This document shows positions 55,956 through 64,000 of a stretch of DNA of 64,000 bases, one piece after another (the stretch's first letter is position 1; every line of letters starts with the position of its first letter). The translations under genes and the position numbers were made by a program. The stretch comes from Candidatus Dormibacter sp. (GTDB lineage Bacteria; Chloroflexota; Dormibacteria; CF-121), in contig JBDTEO010000017.1 of NCBI GenBank assembly GCA_039922495.1, positions 84,430 to 148,429 on the forward strand, given 5' to 3'. The notes under the pieces were generated by a model. The model saw only the letters and a list, made by a program, of their open reading frames with translations. It searched no databases and was not told where the DNA came from.

Positions 55956-56913
55956 AGGCGATGACGGTGTCGATGGCCTCGAGAATCCGGTCGACGTCCG
56001 GCAGATAGAGCTTCTCGAAGCGCGATGGGGGATAGGGCACATTGAGGCCGGCGACCCGCTGGACGGGTGCCTCGAGGAGGTCGAAGGCGTCGTGGCTGAT
56101 GCGGGCCGCAATCTCGGCGCCGAAGCCACAGAAGACCGGCGCCTCGTGGACGATGACGGCGCGATGCGTCTTAGTAACCGAGGTCATCACGGCATCCATG
56201 TCGAGCGGGGAGAGGCTGCGCAGGTCGATGACTTCGACGGAGGTGCCGTCTTCGGCGGCAGCCTTGGCCGCCTGCAGTGCCGTCTGCACCGTCGGCCCGT
56301 AGCCGATCACCGTCACCGCCGTCCCCGCCTGCCGCACACAGGCCTTGCCGATCGGGATGCGGGCGGCCGGGTCGACCTCTGCCTTGAGGTAATAGCGGGC
56401 CTTCGGTTCGAAGAAGACGACCGGATCGTCGTCGGCGATCGCGGCGCGGAGCAGCCCATAGGCATCGCCAGGGGTCGAGGGCGCTACCACCTTGAGGCCG
56501 GCCGTGTGGGCGAAGTACGCCTCGGGGCTCTCGGAGTGATGCTCGACCGCGCCGATGTTGCCACCAAATGGGACTCGGATGGTGATCGGCAGCGAGATGC
56601 CCGAGCGGTTTCGATACTTGGCGACGTGGCTGACGATCTGCTCGAAGGCGGGATAGATGAAGCCATCGAACTGGATCTCCGGAATCGGGCGGAATCCCCG
56701 CAGGGCGAGACCGATGGCGACCCCGATGATGGCCGACTCCGCCAGCGGCGTATCGAAGACGCGCTCCTCGCCGAACTCTTTCTGCAGGCCGTCAGTGATC
56801 CGGAAAACGCCCCCCAGCGCGCCGACGTCCTCGCCAAAAATCAGGGTGTCCGGGTCGGCGCTCAGTGAGTCGCGCAGGGCCTGGTTGAGCGCCTTGGCCA
56901 TGGTGGCTTCCAT
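55948..56913 (-). CDS. 2-oxoacid dehydrogenase E1 beta subunit
   Basis: Transketolase-like beta-subunit blocks (FGEDVGALGGVFRITDGL, FEPKARY). Confidence 0.85.
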   Translation of the reverse strand: MEATMAKALNQALRDSLSADPDTLIFGEDVGALGGVFRITDGLQKEFGEERVFDTPLAESAIIGVAIGLALRGFRPIPEIQFDGFIYPAFEQIVSHVAKYRNRSGISLPITIRVPFGGNIGAVEHHSESPEAYFAHTAGLKVVAPSTPGDAYGLLRAAIADDDPVVFFEPKARYYLKAEVDPAARIPIGKACVRQAGTAVTVIGYGPTVQTALQAAKAAAEDGTSVEVIDLRSLSPLDMDAVMTSVTKTHRAVIVHEAPVFCGFGAEIAARISHDAFDLLEAPVQRVAGLNVPYPPSRFEKLYLPDVDRILEAIDTVIAYG

Positions 56914-57998
56914 CAGGGTTGCTCTAGCGAGGCTTCGAACTCCTCGCGTTCCTTGACGAACGGCTCGGGTGGTGACTGGTAAACGCCGCCGTAGACGGCC
57001 TCGCCGGCTGGAGGCATCGGCGCGTTGAGGAGCTTCTCGCGCATCTCTCTGGCAATACCTTCCGCCTCCTCGATCACGGCCCGATCCGCCGCCTCGTCGA
57101 GCACCCCGGCTGCCGTCAGGGTCGTCTTGAAGCGGGCGATCGGGTCCTTTGCCGACCAGGCGTCGACATCAGCGGCGAGACGGTAGCGTGTCGGGTCGTC
57201 GGAGCTGGTGTGGGCGCCCATGCGGTACGTGACGGCCTCGATCAGATACGGCCCTTCGCCGCTTCGCGCGCGGTCGGCCGCGACCTTGACGGCGCCGTAA
57301 ACCGCGAGGATGTCGTTGCCATCGATCCGGATGCCTGGAAAGCCGTAGCCCGGGGCACGTTCGGCGATCGACCCCGCCGTCTGCTTGTTGAGGGGCACCG
57401 AGATCGCCCAGTAGTTGTTCTGGCAGAGGAAGACCACCGGCGAGCGAAAAACGCCGGCAAAATTCATCGCCTCGTGCCAGTCGCCTTCGGAAGTCGCCCC
57501 ATCGCCGAAGGTCACGAGGACGGCTTCGTCAGTCTTCTTCAGCCGGCAGCCCATGGCAAAGCCGACGGCGTGTGGAATCTGCGTTGCCACGGGAATCGCG
57601 AGCGGGGCAAAGTGATACCGTTGCGGATCCCAGGCGCCGTGGGTCAGGCCTTTGAAGAGGGTGAGCATCGCGGCCGGGTCGACGCCGCGGCACATCGCCA
57701 TGCCGAATTCCCGGTAGCTCGGAAAGATCCAGTCCGTCTCGCGCAGGGCTATCGTCGCGCCGACGTGGACCGCCTCCTGCCCGAGGAATTGGCCCCACAA
57801 GCCGAGCTGCCCCTGGCGCTGCAGGTTCAGGGCCTCCTGGTCGGCTCGACGGATGACGACCATCCATCGATAGAGGTCGCGGAGCGCCTCTGGGTCCAAT
57901 CCCAGGGATTGCCGAGCCTCGTTCGACAGCGTTCCGTCGGGTGCGAACAGGCGACGAACGGGGTCCGCGGCGCGTATCACCTCGACGACGTCTGCCAC
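56913..57998 (-). CDS. 2-oxoacid dehydrogenase E1 alpha subunit (TPP-dependent)
   Basis: FGDGATSEGDWHEAMNFAGVFRSPVVFLCQNNYWAIS TPP motif; GTG start at 57998 chosen because the first 99 codons of the ORF-track ORF are non-homologous read-through. Confidence 0.8.
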   Translation of the reverse strand: MADVVEVIRAADPVRRLFAPDGTLSNEARQSLGLDPEALRDLYRWMVVIRRADQEALNLQRQGQLGLWGQFLGQEAVHVGATIALRETDWIFPSYREFGMAMCRGVDPAAMLTLFKGLTHGAWDPQRYHFAPLAIPVATQIPHAVGFAMGCRLKKTDEAVLVTFGDGATSEGDWHEAMNFAGVFRSPVVFLCQNNYWAISVPLNKQTAGSIAERAPGYGFPGIRIDGNDILAVYGAVKVAADRARSGEGPYLIEAVTYRMGAHTSSDDPTRYRLAADVDAWSAKDPIARFKTTLTAAGVLDEAADRAVIEEAEGIAREMREKLLNAPMPPAGEAVYGGVYQSPPEPFVKEREEFEASLEQP

Positions 57999-58034
57999 CG
58001 GTGACAATCGTATACCCGGGTATCGTAGAGCTAG

Positions 58035-58709
58035 ATGGCAGACGACCCGGTCGCCGCGCTCGCTGAGCTCTATCAGGTCGAGCAGCGCCTGGCGGAAATC
58101 CGTCAGGACACGGCTCGCCTCCACCAAACGCTGGACGGCGATCCGGCGATCGGGGATGGCCGGGCGCGCCTGGTGGTGGCCGAGACGAGGCGAGCGGATC
58201 TCCAGCGGCGGCTTCGCGATGCCGAAGCGCAGGAGCGCACCGAGCGGGCCCGGGCGCGGACGCACGAGCAACAGCTCTACTCCGGAACCATCCACAATCC
58301 GCGCGAGCTCTCGCAGCTGGCCGGTGAACTTGAACAGCTCAAGGGCCGCCTCGCGCTGGAAGAAGTCACCGAGATGGAGCTGTTGGCGGAACTCGACGAG
58401 GCGGACGCCGAACTCCGCGCCGCCACTGACGAAGCCAGGGAGGCGCGGCTGGCCCTACCCGATCTGGAGAATGCCGAGCGACGGGCCCTGGCGGAGATTG
58501 CGGAGCAGCGAGGCCACATTCCGGCCAGCCGGTTACATCTATACGACCGGGTCGAGGCTCATCGGCCGCCACCGCCGATCGTCGAGGTGCGAGGCGGGAC
58601 CTGCACGGGATGCCGGCTGCCGCTCTCCACGAGCCAGGTCCGGGCGCTGCGCATGGCTACGGAGCCGATTACCTGCGAGACCTGCGGGCGGATCCAGCGG
58701 TTGGCATGA
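58035..58709 (+). CDS. C4-type zinc-ribbon domain protein (COG1579-like), coiled-coil
   Basis: Long Arg/Glu/Ala/Leu coiled coil, then CTGCRLPLS ... CETCGRI zinc ribbon; ATGA-coupled to rnhA. Confidence 0.6.
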   Translation: MADDPVAALAELYQVEQRLAEIRQDTARLHQTLDGDPAIGDGRARLVVAETRRADLQRRLRDAEAQERTERARARTHEQQLYSGTIHNPRELSQLAGELEQLKGRLALEEVTEMELLAELDEADAELRAATDEAREARLALPDLENAERRALAEIAEQRGHIPASRLHLYDRVEAHRPPPPIVEVRGGTCTGCRLPLSTSQVRALRMATEPITCETCGRIQRLA

Positions 58710-59443
58710 CCAATACCGAAAGCGTGGTCGTTCACACCGATGGGGCATCCCGCGGCAACCCCGGCCCGGCATCGATCGGCATCGTGATTGCGCGCACGGA
58801 CGGCAAGGTCCTCCTCGAGCTCGGTGAGGCGCTGGGGACGACAACGAATAATGTCGCCGAGTACACGGCCGTCATCCGGGCGCTCGAGCAGGCCGTGAAG
58901 CTAGGGGCCAAGCGCGCGCGGGTCATGATGGATAGCCAACTCGTGGTCAGGCAGCTCAATGGCAGCTACCGCGTCAAGCACGCGGAGATGATTCCGCTCT
59001 ACCGGCGGGTGCTGGAATTGATCCAGCGGTTCGAGGCGGTGACCTTCGAGCACGTCCCGCGCGAAGAGAACGTCGAGGCCGATCGGCTTGCGAATCAGGC
59101 CCTCGACGGGGGAGGGGTGCCGGCGGAGCTTGCGCCGCACACCAATGAGTCAATCGTGGCCCGCCTCTTCAAATCACTGATCGACGATAGCCCGGATCAG
59201 GGCGGCGATCTTCTCGGCGACGCCTTTGCCTATCAGCGGGTGAACGGCCCCGAGAAGGATGCCAGGGAGTTCCTGTCCGAGTGGCCGGGAAGGGGCAAGC
59301 CATGGAGCGTCAGTTCGGTTCGCGTCGTTGACGCCGAAACGATCCTCGAGGCCAGGCTCGTCAACACGGCAATCATCTGGCTCTGCATGGTCGCTGACGG
59401 GAGAGTGGAACGCATCGTCGAATATCGCGACACGGGAGCCTGA
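58706..59443 (+). CDS. rnhA: ribonuclease HI with a C-terminal extension of about 100 aa
   Basis: VHTDGASRGNPGPASIG ... NNVAEYTAVIRALE ... DSQLVVRQ RNase H catalytic blocks. Confidence 0.8.
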   Translation: MTNTESVVVHTDGASRGNPGPASIGIVIARTDGKVLLELGEALGTTTNNVAEYTAVIRALEQAVKLGAKRARVMMDSQLVVRQLNGSYRVKHAEMIPLYRRVLELIQRFEAVTFEHVPREENVEADRLANQALDGGGVPAELAPHTNESIVARLFKSLIDDSPDQGGDLLGDAFAYQRVNGPEKDAREFLSEWPGRGKPWSVSSVRVVDAETILEARLVNTAIIWLCMVADGRVERIVEYRDTGA

Positions 59444-59467
59444 CAACCGGCTCTACGCTTTCGCTTC

Positions 59468-60766
59468 ATGCCCGCTAACGCATCAACCACCTATCCGGAT
59501 CTGTTCCGGATCCCGACCTTCCCGCGACTGGCCGGGGGCGTGATCCTGGCGCGGACGGCATCTCAGATGATGCAGCTCGCGCTCGTGCTCTTCGTCTTGC
59601 AGCGGTTTCATTCCCCGACCCTGGCCGGCATCACAGTATTCTTGGCAATCGCGCCCGGCATCGCGACCAGCCCGATCGCCGGCGCGCTGCTGGACCGGCA
59701 TGGGCGCGTCCGACTGATCACGCTCGACTACCTGATTGGCGCCGCCAGCCTCCTGTCGATTGCGGGCCTCGACGCGGCCGGCCGGTTGGGGCCGCCGGCC
59801 CTCTTGCCGATCGTGGCGATCAGCTCGCTGACGTACTCGCTGAGCAACAGTGGGGCGCGATCACTGTTGCCGTTGATCGTGCCCAAGCGGCTCTGGGATC
59901 GGGCCAACGCGCTCGACAGCATCGCCTACGCCCTGACGATCGGGGCCGGTCCCGCGCTCGCCGGCGCCTTAACCGCCGTCGCGAGTTCTCGCGCGGCGTT
60001 ACTCGCCACCGCGCTCGTGTACATGGTCGCGGCCGCCCTGATGTCCGGCCTGCGCGAGCCGGTCGTCGAGCGCCGGCCGACGGGCGTGGTCGCCGAGGCC
60101 TGGGCCGGTCTCAACCATGTTCTGGTTCACAACCGGACGCTTCGCGGCGTCGCCCTCGTCGTCTCGTTGATGAATGTGGGCCTCGGCGTCCTGGTGGTGG
60201 CCGTGCCGGTAATGGCCTTCCAGCGCCTGCAGACCAACGCCGTCTTCGTCGGCGAGCTCTGGGCGATCTATGGCCTGGCGTCCGTTCCGTCGGCGCTCGC
60301 CTTCGGCCGAGTCAACACCGAGGGTCGCGAGCGACTGGTCATGTCGCTGACTGCGCTGGCCGCCGGACTGGGTGTCCTCCTCCTCGCCGTCGCCAACGAA
60401 GCATGGGTCGCCGTGGCGGCCATGTTGATCGCCGGGCTCGCGAACGGGCCATTCGACGTCAGCATGTTCTCGCTTCGCCAGCGCCGAACCGACCCTGCCT
60501 GGTTCGGCCGCGCCTTTGCGATCTCGATGGGGGTCAATTGGGCTGGCACCCCGATCGGGTCCGCGCTCTCGGGACCCCTGATCCATGTGGGCCTGAGCGT
60601 CACCTTCATCGTGGCGTCCGCGTTCATCGTGCTCGGGGCCGGCCTGACCCGGTTCGTTGTTCCCGGAGAATCCGCGGGTAAAATGACTGGCGAGTCCGCC
60701 AGGCAGCCGCGCCGGGGAGATCCCGTCGAGGAAAGTCCGAGCTCCGCAGAGCAGGGTGCCGGGTAA
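59468..60766 (+). CDS. MFS transporter
   Basis: 12 TM helices; the last 80 nt of the ORF overlap the 5' part of rnpB, so the true C-terminus is uncertain. Confidence 0.7.
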   Translation: MPANASTTYPDLFRIPTFPRLAGGVILARTASQMMQLALVLFVLQRFHSPTLAGITVFLAIAPGIATSPIAGALLDRHGRVRLITLDYLIGAASLLSIAGLDAAGRLGPPALLPIVAISSLTYSLSNSGARSLLPLIVPKRLWDRANALDSIAYALTIGAGPALAGALTAVASSRAALLATALVYMVAAALMSGLREPVVERRPTGVVAEAWAGLNHVLVHNRTLRGVALVVSLMNVGLGVLVVAVPVMAFQRLQTNAVFVGELWAIYGLASVPSALAFGRVNTEGRERLVMSLTALAAGLGVLLLAVANEAWVAVAAMLIAGLANGPFDVSMFSLRQRRTDPAWFGRAFAISMGVNWAGTPIGSALSGPLIHVGLSVTFIVASAFIVLGAGLTRFVVPGESAGKMTGESARQPRRGDPVEESPSSAEQGAG

Positions 60767-61068
60767 CGCCCGGTCGGGGTGACCCGAAGGAGAGTGCCAC
60801 AGAAAATACACAGCCGCGGCGCGAGCCTCGGCGAAGGTGAAATGGTGAGGTAAGAGCCCACCAGCAGCCGGGAGACCGGCTGGCTCGGTAAACCCCACCT
60901 GGAGCAAGACCAAATAGGAGGACACCAGGGCTGGCTCGGCCCGTCCTCGGGTACGGTCGCTAGAATCGCCGGGCAACCGGCGATCGAGACGGATGGCTGC
61001 CGCCCCGCATCGTGTCGCTTCGGCGGCTGACGCGGGGTACAGAACTCGGCTTATCGGCGGACTCAACT
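60686..61068 (+). ncRNA. rnpB: RNase P RNA (bacterial type A)
   Basis: GAGGAAAGTCCG (P4), GGGTAACGCC, ACAGAAA, GGTGAAA, GGTAAGAGCCCACCAG, GGTAAACCCCACCTGGAGCAAG, ACAGAACTCGGCTTATCGG; P1 pairing GGCGAGTCCGCC / GGCGGACTC. Confidence 0.85.
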
Positions 61069-61405
61069 ATCACGCACGACGTTGCGCACCAACGGCTCAT
61101 GGGCGGCTCGGGCAAAATCAATCGGCCCTCGCCGTGCCCGACGACCCTGGTGCGCACCGCGTGCTCTCCGCGCGAAGGCGCGGTTCGGCCTACGGCCTCA
61201 CCCCTGCTAAGGCATGGCGCTGCTCTGCAACGCGTGTCGGTCTGCAGCAGAGCCGCAGCCCGACAGAAGTACGAAACCTGCTTAGGTCGGGCCAGGGCGC
61301 AGACCCGCACGGAGTCCCGGCCCGACCGATGCGAATACGAGGACACAACATCTAGGGGGTTGTTCTTTGGGTTTCCACCAGTACACAAGATTTGCCCGTA
61401 GATCG

Positions 61406-61475
61406 TTGACAGGCAGCTGTCGCGGTGGTAACTTCCAGCGTGTCGGTGGCATCAAGTGGGGAGAAGTGGGGAGAA
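61406..61475 (+). promoter_or_regulatory. Pmra promoter (TTGACA-17-TAACTT) and MraZ-box direct repeats
   Basis: -35 TTGACA and -10 TAACTT with a 17-nt spacer; GTGGC, GTGGGGAGAA, GTGGGGAGAA at 10-bp periodicity immediately downstream. Confidence 0.6.
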
Positions 61476-61499
61476 TGAGACAGCTGGTGGTTCGCGCTG

Positions 61500-61943
61500 A
61501 TGTTTCTCGGGACCTACCGCCACTCGGTGGACCAGAAGGGGCGGGTCGCAATCCCGGCCCGGTTTCGGGAGCAGCTGCCGACTGGCACCATCATTTCCAA
61601 GGGAGCCGAGGGCTGTTTGCAGGTCTATCCGCCGGAGGAATGGGCCAAGGAGCAGGGCGTCCAGCGGCTTGGGTCGATGACGCCGGCCGAGGAACGTCGC
61701 CTCGCCCGCATGATGTTCGGCGCCGCCCGCGAGTGCGAGTTCGACGCCCAGGGACGCATCGTCCTCACGCAGGACCAGCGGGACTACGCCGGGATCTCAG
61801 GCCAGGCCTGGATCGTCGGCGTCAACAACCTGATCGAGATCTGGAACGACGAGGCCTGGCGGCGCATCGGCGGAGCCACGCCCGAGGAATACACGCGAAT
61901 TCAGGACCAGGTGGCCGAACGGCGGCGAGCCAGTGGCAAATGA
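61500..61943 (+). CDS. mraZ: transcriptional regulator MraZ
   Basis: MFLGTYRHSVDQKGRVAIPARFR and duplicated DQKGR/DAQGR motifs. Confidence 0.9.
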   Translation: MFLGTYRHSVDQKGRVAIPARFREQLPTGTIISKGAEGCLQVYPPEEWAKEQGVQRLGSMTPAEERRLARMMFGAARECEFDAQGRIVLTQDQRDYAGISGQAWIVGVNNLIEIWNDEAWRRIGGATPEEYTRIQDQVAERRRASGK

Positions 61944-62907
61944 TTCGGGTGACCAACACGCTTTCGACCGTCAGTCCGGGACGTCCGGGCACCGACCTGT
62001 ACTTTTACAAGAACTCATAACGAGCCTTCGACCAGCCCCCGGGCAGGCGTTCGTGGACGCCACGCTGGGCGGTGGAGGATATGCGCGGGCGCTGATCGAG
62101 CGCTTGCGACCGGGTGGGACCCTCTTGGGGATCGACCGGGACGCCTCCGCCATCGAGCGATTCGCTCGGGAGCCCGTGCCGCCAGACGTCACCGTGACCC
62201 TGGCGCACAGCAACTTCGATCGACTTGCAGAAGTCGCCGCCGGCCTGCCGCCGGTGCGTGGGATCGTCTTCGATCTCGGCATCTCGTCCGACCAGCTCGA
62301 CGATCCGGAGCGCGGCTTCAGTTTTCAGCGCGAAGGGCCGCTTGACATGCGGCTCGACCAGACGGAGTCGCGGACCGCCGCGGATCTTGTGAACCGAGAA
62401 TCCGCCAGCGAGTTGCGGCGCATCTTGATGGAATTCGGGCAGGAGCGCTGGGCCGCCCGGATCGCGCAACGGATCGTGGACCAGCGCAAGCGGCAGCCAC
62501 TACAAACCACGAAAGATCTCGCCGACCTGGTGGCCGGAGCCATACCGCGGGGGGCCTGGCCGAAAGACATTCATGTCGCAACCAGGACGTTCATGGCGGT
62601 GCGCATCGCGGTCAACCGCGAGCTCGAGGCGATCGAAACCGGGTTGAAGGCTGCTATCCAGGTGCTCGCAAGCGGTGGGCGCATAGGGGTCGTCTCCTTT
62701 CACTCTCTCGAGGACAAGATTGCAAAGAACCTATTCAACGTCGAAGCAACAGACTGTATTTGTCCGCCCCAAGCGCCCGTTTGCATCTGCGGGCACCATC
62801 GCTCCGTGCGCGTCGTGACGCGCAAACCCATCACAGCGTCGGAGGCCGAGGTCCGTGACAATCCCCGGTCCCGGTCGGCGAAATTACGAGTCGCGGAGAA
62901 GTTATGA
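61933..62907 (+). CDS. rsmH: 16S rRNA (cytosine1402-N4)-methyltransferase
   Basis: HRPVLLQE, VDATLGGGGY, FDLGISSDQLD signatures. Confidence 0.9.
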   Translation: MANDSGDQHAFDRQSGTSGHRPVLLQELITSLRPAPGQAFVDATLGGGGYARALIERLRPGGTLLGIDRDASAIERFAREPVPPDVTVTLAHSNFDRLAEVAAGLPPVRGIVFDLGISSDQLDDPERGFSFQREGPLDMRLDQTESRTAADLVNRESASELRRILMEFGQERWAARIAQRIVDQRKRQPLQTTKDLADLVAGAIPRGAWPKDIHVATRTFMAVRIAVNRELEAIETGLKAAIQVLASGGRIGVVSFHSLEDKIAKNLFNVEATDCICPPQAPVCICGHHRSVRVVTRKPITASEAEVRDNPRSRSAKLRVAEKL

Positions 62908-62950
62908 ACCCTGTCTATGTCATTTCACAAGTCAATACCTGAGCGGCCGC

Positions 62951-63442
62951 ATGGTGGAACCCGTCCCTCCTGGGCATCTACTAGTTTTGCGGCCCCGCCG
63001 GCCCGATCCGACCCCTCCGGCGCGCGCGGTACCCCCTTCCCGCGCGCGCCGGAGTCGCGGCCGGCCTTCGATGACACCGCTCATCGGGGCGGCCACGCTG
63101 GTGACCGGGGCGCTGCTGCTCGTAGCCCAGTCGGCTGCGGCGACGCAGGCCAGCTATCAGATCGCCACCCTGAAGCAGGAGCAGGCGCACCTGTCCGCAT
63201 TCCAGGACCAGCTGCAATCGCAGCTTGCGCGAGACCAGGCGGCCAACCGGGTCGCGATCGCCGCCCAGCAACTCGGCATGGCGCATCCGTCCCGTTGGCA
63301 GTATGTCAACGGCGCGCCTTCACCGATCGCGCTCCGCTCTGGCCCGGTCGACGGCGGTCGCCCGGGTGTCGTCAATGGTGTCCTCGCCGCGCTGAGCGCC
63401 GTCATCGGCCGGCCGGCGGATCCAGCCAGCCCAACCCGCTAG
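62951..63442 (+). CDS. ftsL: cell division protein FtsL-like (single TM plus coiled coil); start uncertain (62951 or 63071)
   Basis: Position between rsmH and ftsI; TM LIGAATLVTGALLLVAQ followed by coiled coil QIATLKQEQAHLSAFQDQLQSQLARDQ. Confidence 0.55.
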   Translation: MVEPVPPGHLLVLRPRRPDPTPPARAVPPSRARRSRGRPSMTPLIGAATLVTGALLLVAQSAAATQASYQIATLKQEQAHLSAFQDQLQSQLARDQAANRVAIAAQQLGMAHPSRWQYVNGAPSPIALRSGPVDGGRPGVVNGVLAALSAVIGRPADPASPTR

Positions 63443-63458
63443 CCGCTTCGCGGTCGGC

Positions 63459-64000
63459 GTGAGGGCTTCCCAGGATCTCGAACCGCGCAGTCGCATCCTG
63501 ACGTTGATGGCCGTCGTGCTGGCCGCGTATCTCGTGCTCTTTGGCCGGCTCGTCTACTGGCAAGCATGGCGGCACGCGGACATGGTGACGCTCGCCGCCA
63601 GCTACCACAACGACACCCTGACCCTCCCCGCTGTGCGCGGCCGGATCATCGACCGCAACGGGGCCCTGCTGGCGAGCAACACCGCGGTCTACTCCATCTT
63701 CGCCTCGCCGGACCAGATCTCGGCAAAGGATCGGCAGACGATCGGAGAACAGCTTGGTCCTGTGCTCGGCATGACCCCGGACGAGGTGGTCGTCAAGCTC
63801 GCAACCACCAAGAAATTTGTGTACCTCGCCCGACGGGTCCCCGCGACGGTTGCGCGTGAGCTCGACTCGATGCAGCTGCCGGGGATCGGCAAGATCGCTG
63901 AGACACAGCGAATCTACGTCGACGGCGCCATGCCGGGTACGAGCCTGGCTGCCAACCTGCTTGGTTTCACCAATGATGCGGGGACCGGCAACTACGGCGT
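63459..64000 (+). CDS. ftsI: peptidoglycan D,D-transpeptidase FtsI / penicillin-binding protein 2, N-terminal part (3' truncated by the window edge)
   Basis: N-terminal TM then PBP dimerisation-domain pattern (LPAVRGRIIDRNGALLASN ... LLGFTNDAGTG). Confidence 0.75.
   Translation, partial: MRASQDLEPRSRILTLMAVVLAAYLVLFGRLVYWQAWRHADMVTLAASYHNDTLTLPAVRGRIIDRNGALLASNTAVYSIFASPDQISAKDRQTIGEQLGPVLGMTPDEVVVKLATTKKFVYLARRVPATVARELDSMQLPGIGKIAETQRIYVDGAMPGTSLAANLLGFTNDAGTGNYG

Noticed and set aside
59999-61066. 355-aa minus-strand ORF spanning the MFS gene 3' half and rnpB
   Set aside because: It overlaps a confidently identified RNase P RNA on the other strand and an MFS gene with proper TM periodicity. 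Its composition is Arg/Gly/Pro-rich.
60993-62020. Plus-strand ORFs 60993-61355, 61012-61401 and 61367-62020 across the rnpB 3' end, the Pmra leader and mraZ
   Set aside because: They read through rnpB structural regions and the promoter/MraZ boxes and are out of frame with mraZ, which has a canonical N-terminus at 61500.

Overview
This 64-kb window is high-GC (about 68-70%) bacterial chromosomal DNA. It looks Actinobacteria- or Chloroflexi-like: it carries a DUF222-HNH gene of the 13E12 type, a COG1579 zinc-ribbon gene next to RNase HI, a HadAB-like hotdog pair, an H+-PPase and a fused membrane/spermidine synthase. Gene density is about 90%, mostly housekeeping and central-metabolism genes. 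I found no CRISPR array, prophage, integrase or transposase.

Main recognisable content, start to end:
- 1-3400: HD-GYP phosphodiesterase, MBL-fold hydrolase, alpha/beta hydrolase.
- 3375-5339: TauE exporter, class I aldolase fbaB.
- 5360-7215: small HTH regulator and a LeuA/CimA/homocitrate-synthase-like enzyme.
- 9000-13690: TetR-controlled lipid beta-oxidation-like module (SCP2, HadA/HadB-like hotdog pair, acyl-CoA dehydrogenase, SDR, enoyl-CoA hydratase).
- 15243-17237: H+-translocating pyrophosphatase.
- 18344-21026: fused membrane/spermidine synthase, Mrp/ApbC.
- 21064-28100: galK, GH2, GH1 and a Wzx-like flippase.
- 29106-31384: FabG-like SDR and a YdiF-type CoA-transferase.
- 31385-32928: tRNA-Met(CAT) followed by a lower-GC spacer and a DUF222-HNH gene.
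- 33041-36572: sdhCAB.
- 37709-39852: rpiA, two DUF proteins, thioredoxin.
- 42552-47426: a TPP riboswitch leading a six-gene operon (CytX-like HMP permease, thiD, O-methyltransferase, 2-oxoacid dehydrogenase E1 alpha/beta with no E2).
- 47987-49890: D-aminopeptidase DppA (M55), trpD.
- 50133-57998: a LeuB-like dehydrogenase and a 671-aa permuted LeuD-LeuC fusion dehydratase, converging on an E1alpha-E1beta-E2 dehydrogenase complex whose operon ends in a second LeuA/CimA-like synthase.
- 58035-64000: zinc ribbon plus RNase HI, an MFS transporter whose 3' end overlaps RNase P RNA (rnpB), then the dcw cluster start (Pmra with MraZ boxes, mraZ, rsmH, ftsL-like, ftsI partial).

Most interesting candidates: (1) the TPP-riboswitch operon with unexpected cargo; (2) the permuted aconitase-family fusion inside a two-strand 2-oxoacid elongation/dehydrogenation supercluster; (3) the TetR/SCP2/HadAB module. 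Smaller RNA-level observations are listed separately.

All calls rest on motif and family recognition by eye. No database searches were run, and coordinates not anchored to the ORF track may be off by a few nucleotides.
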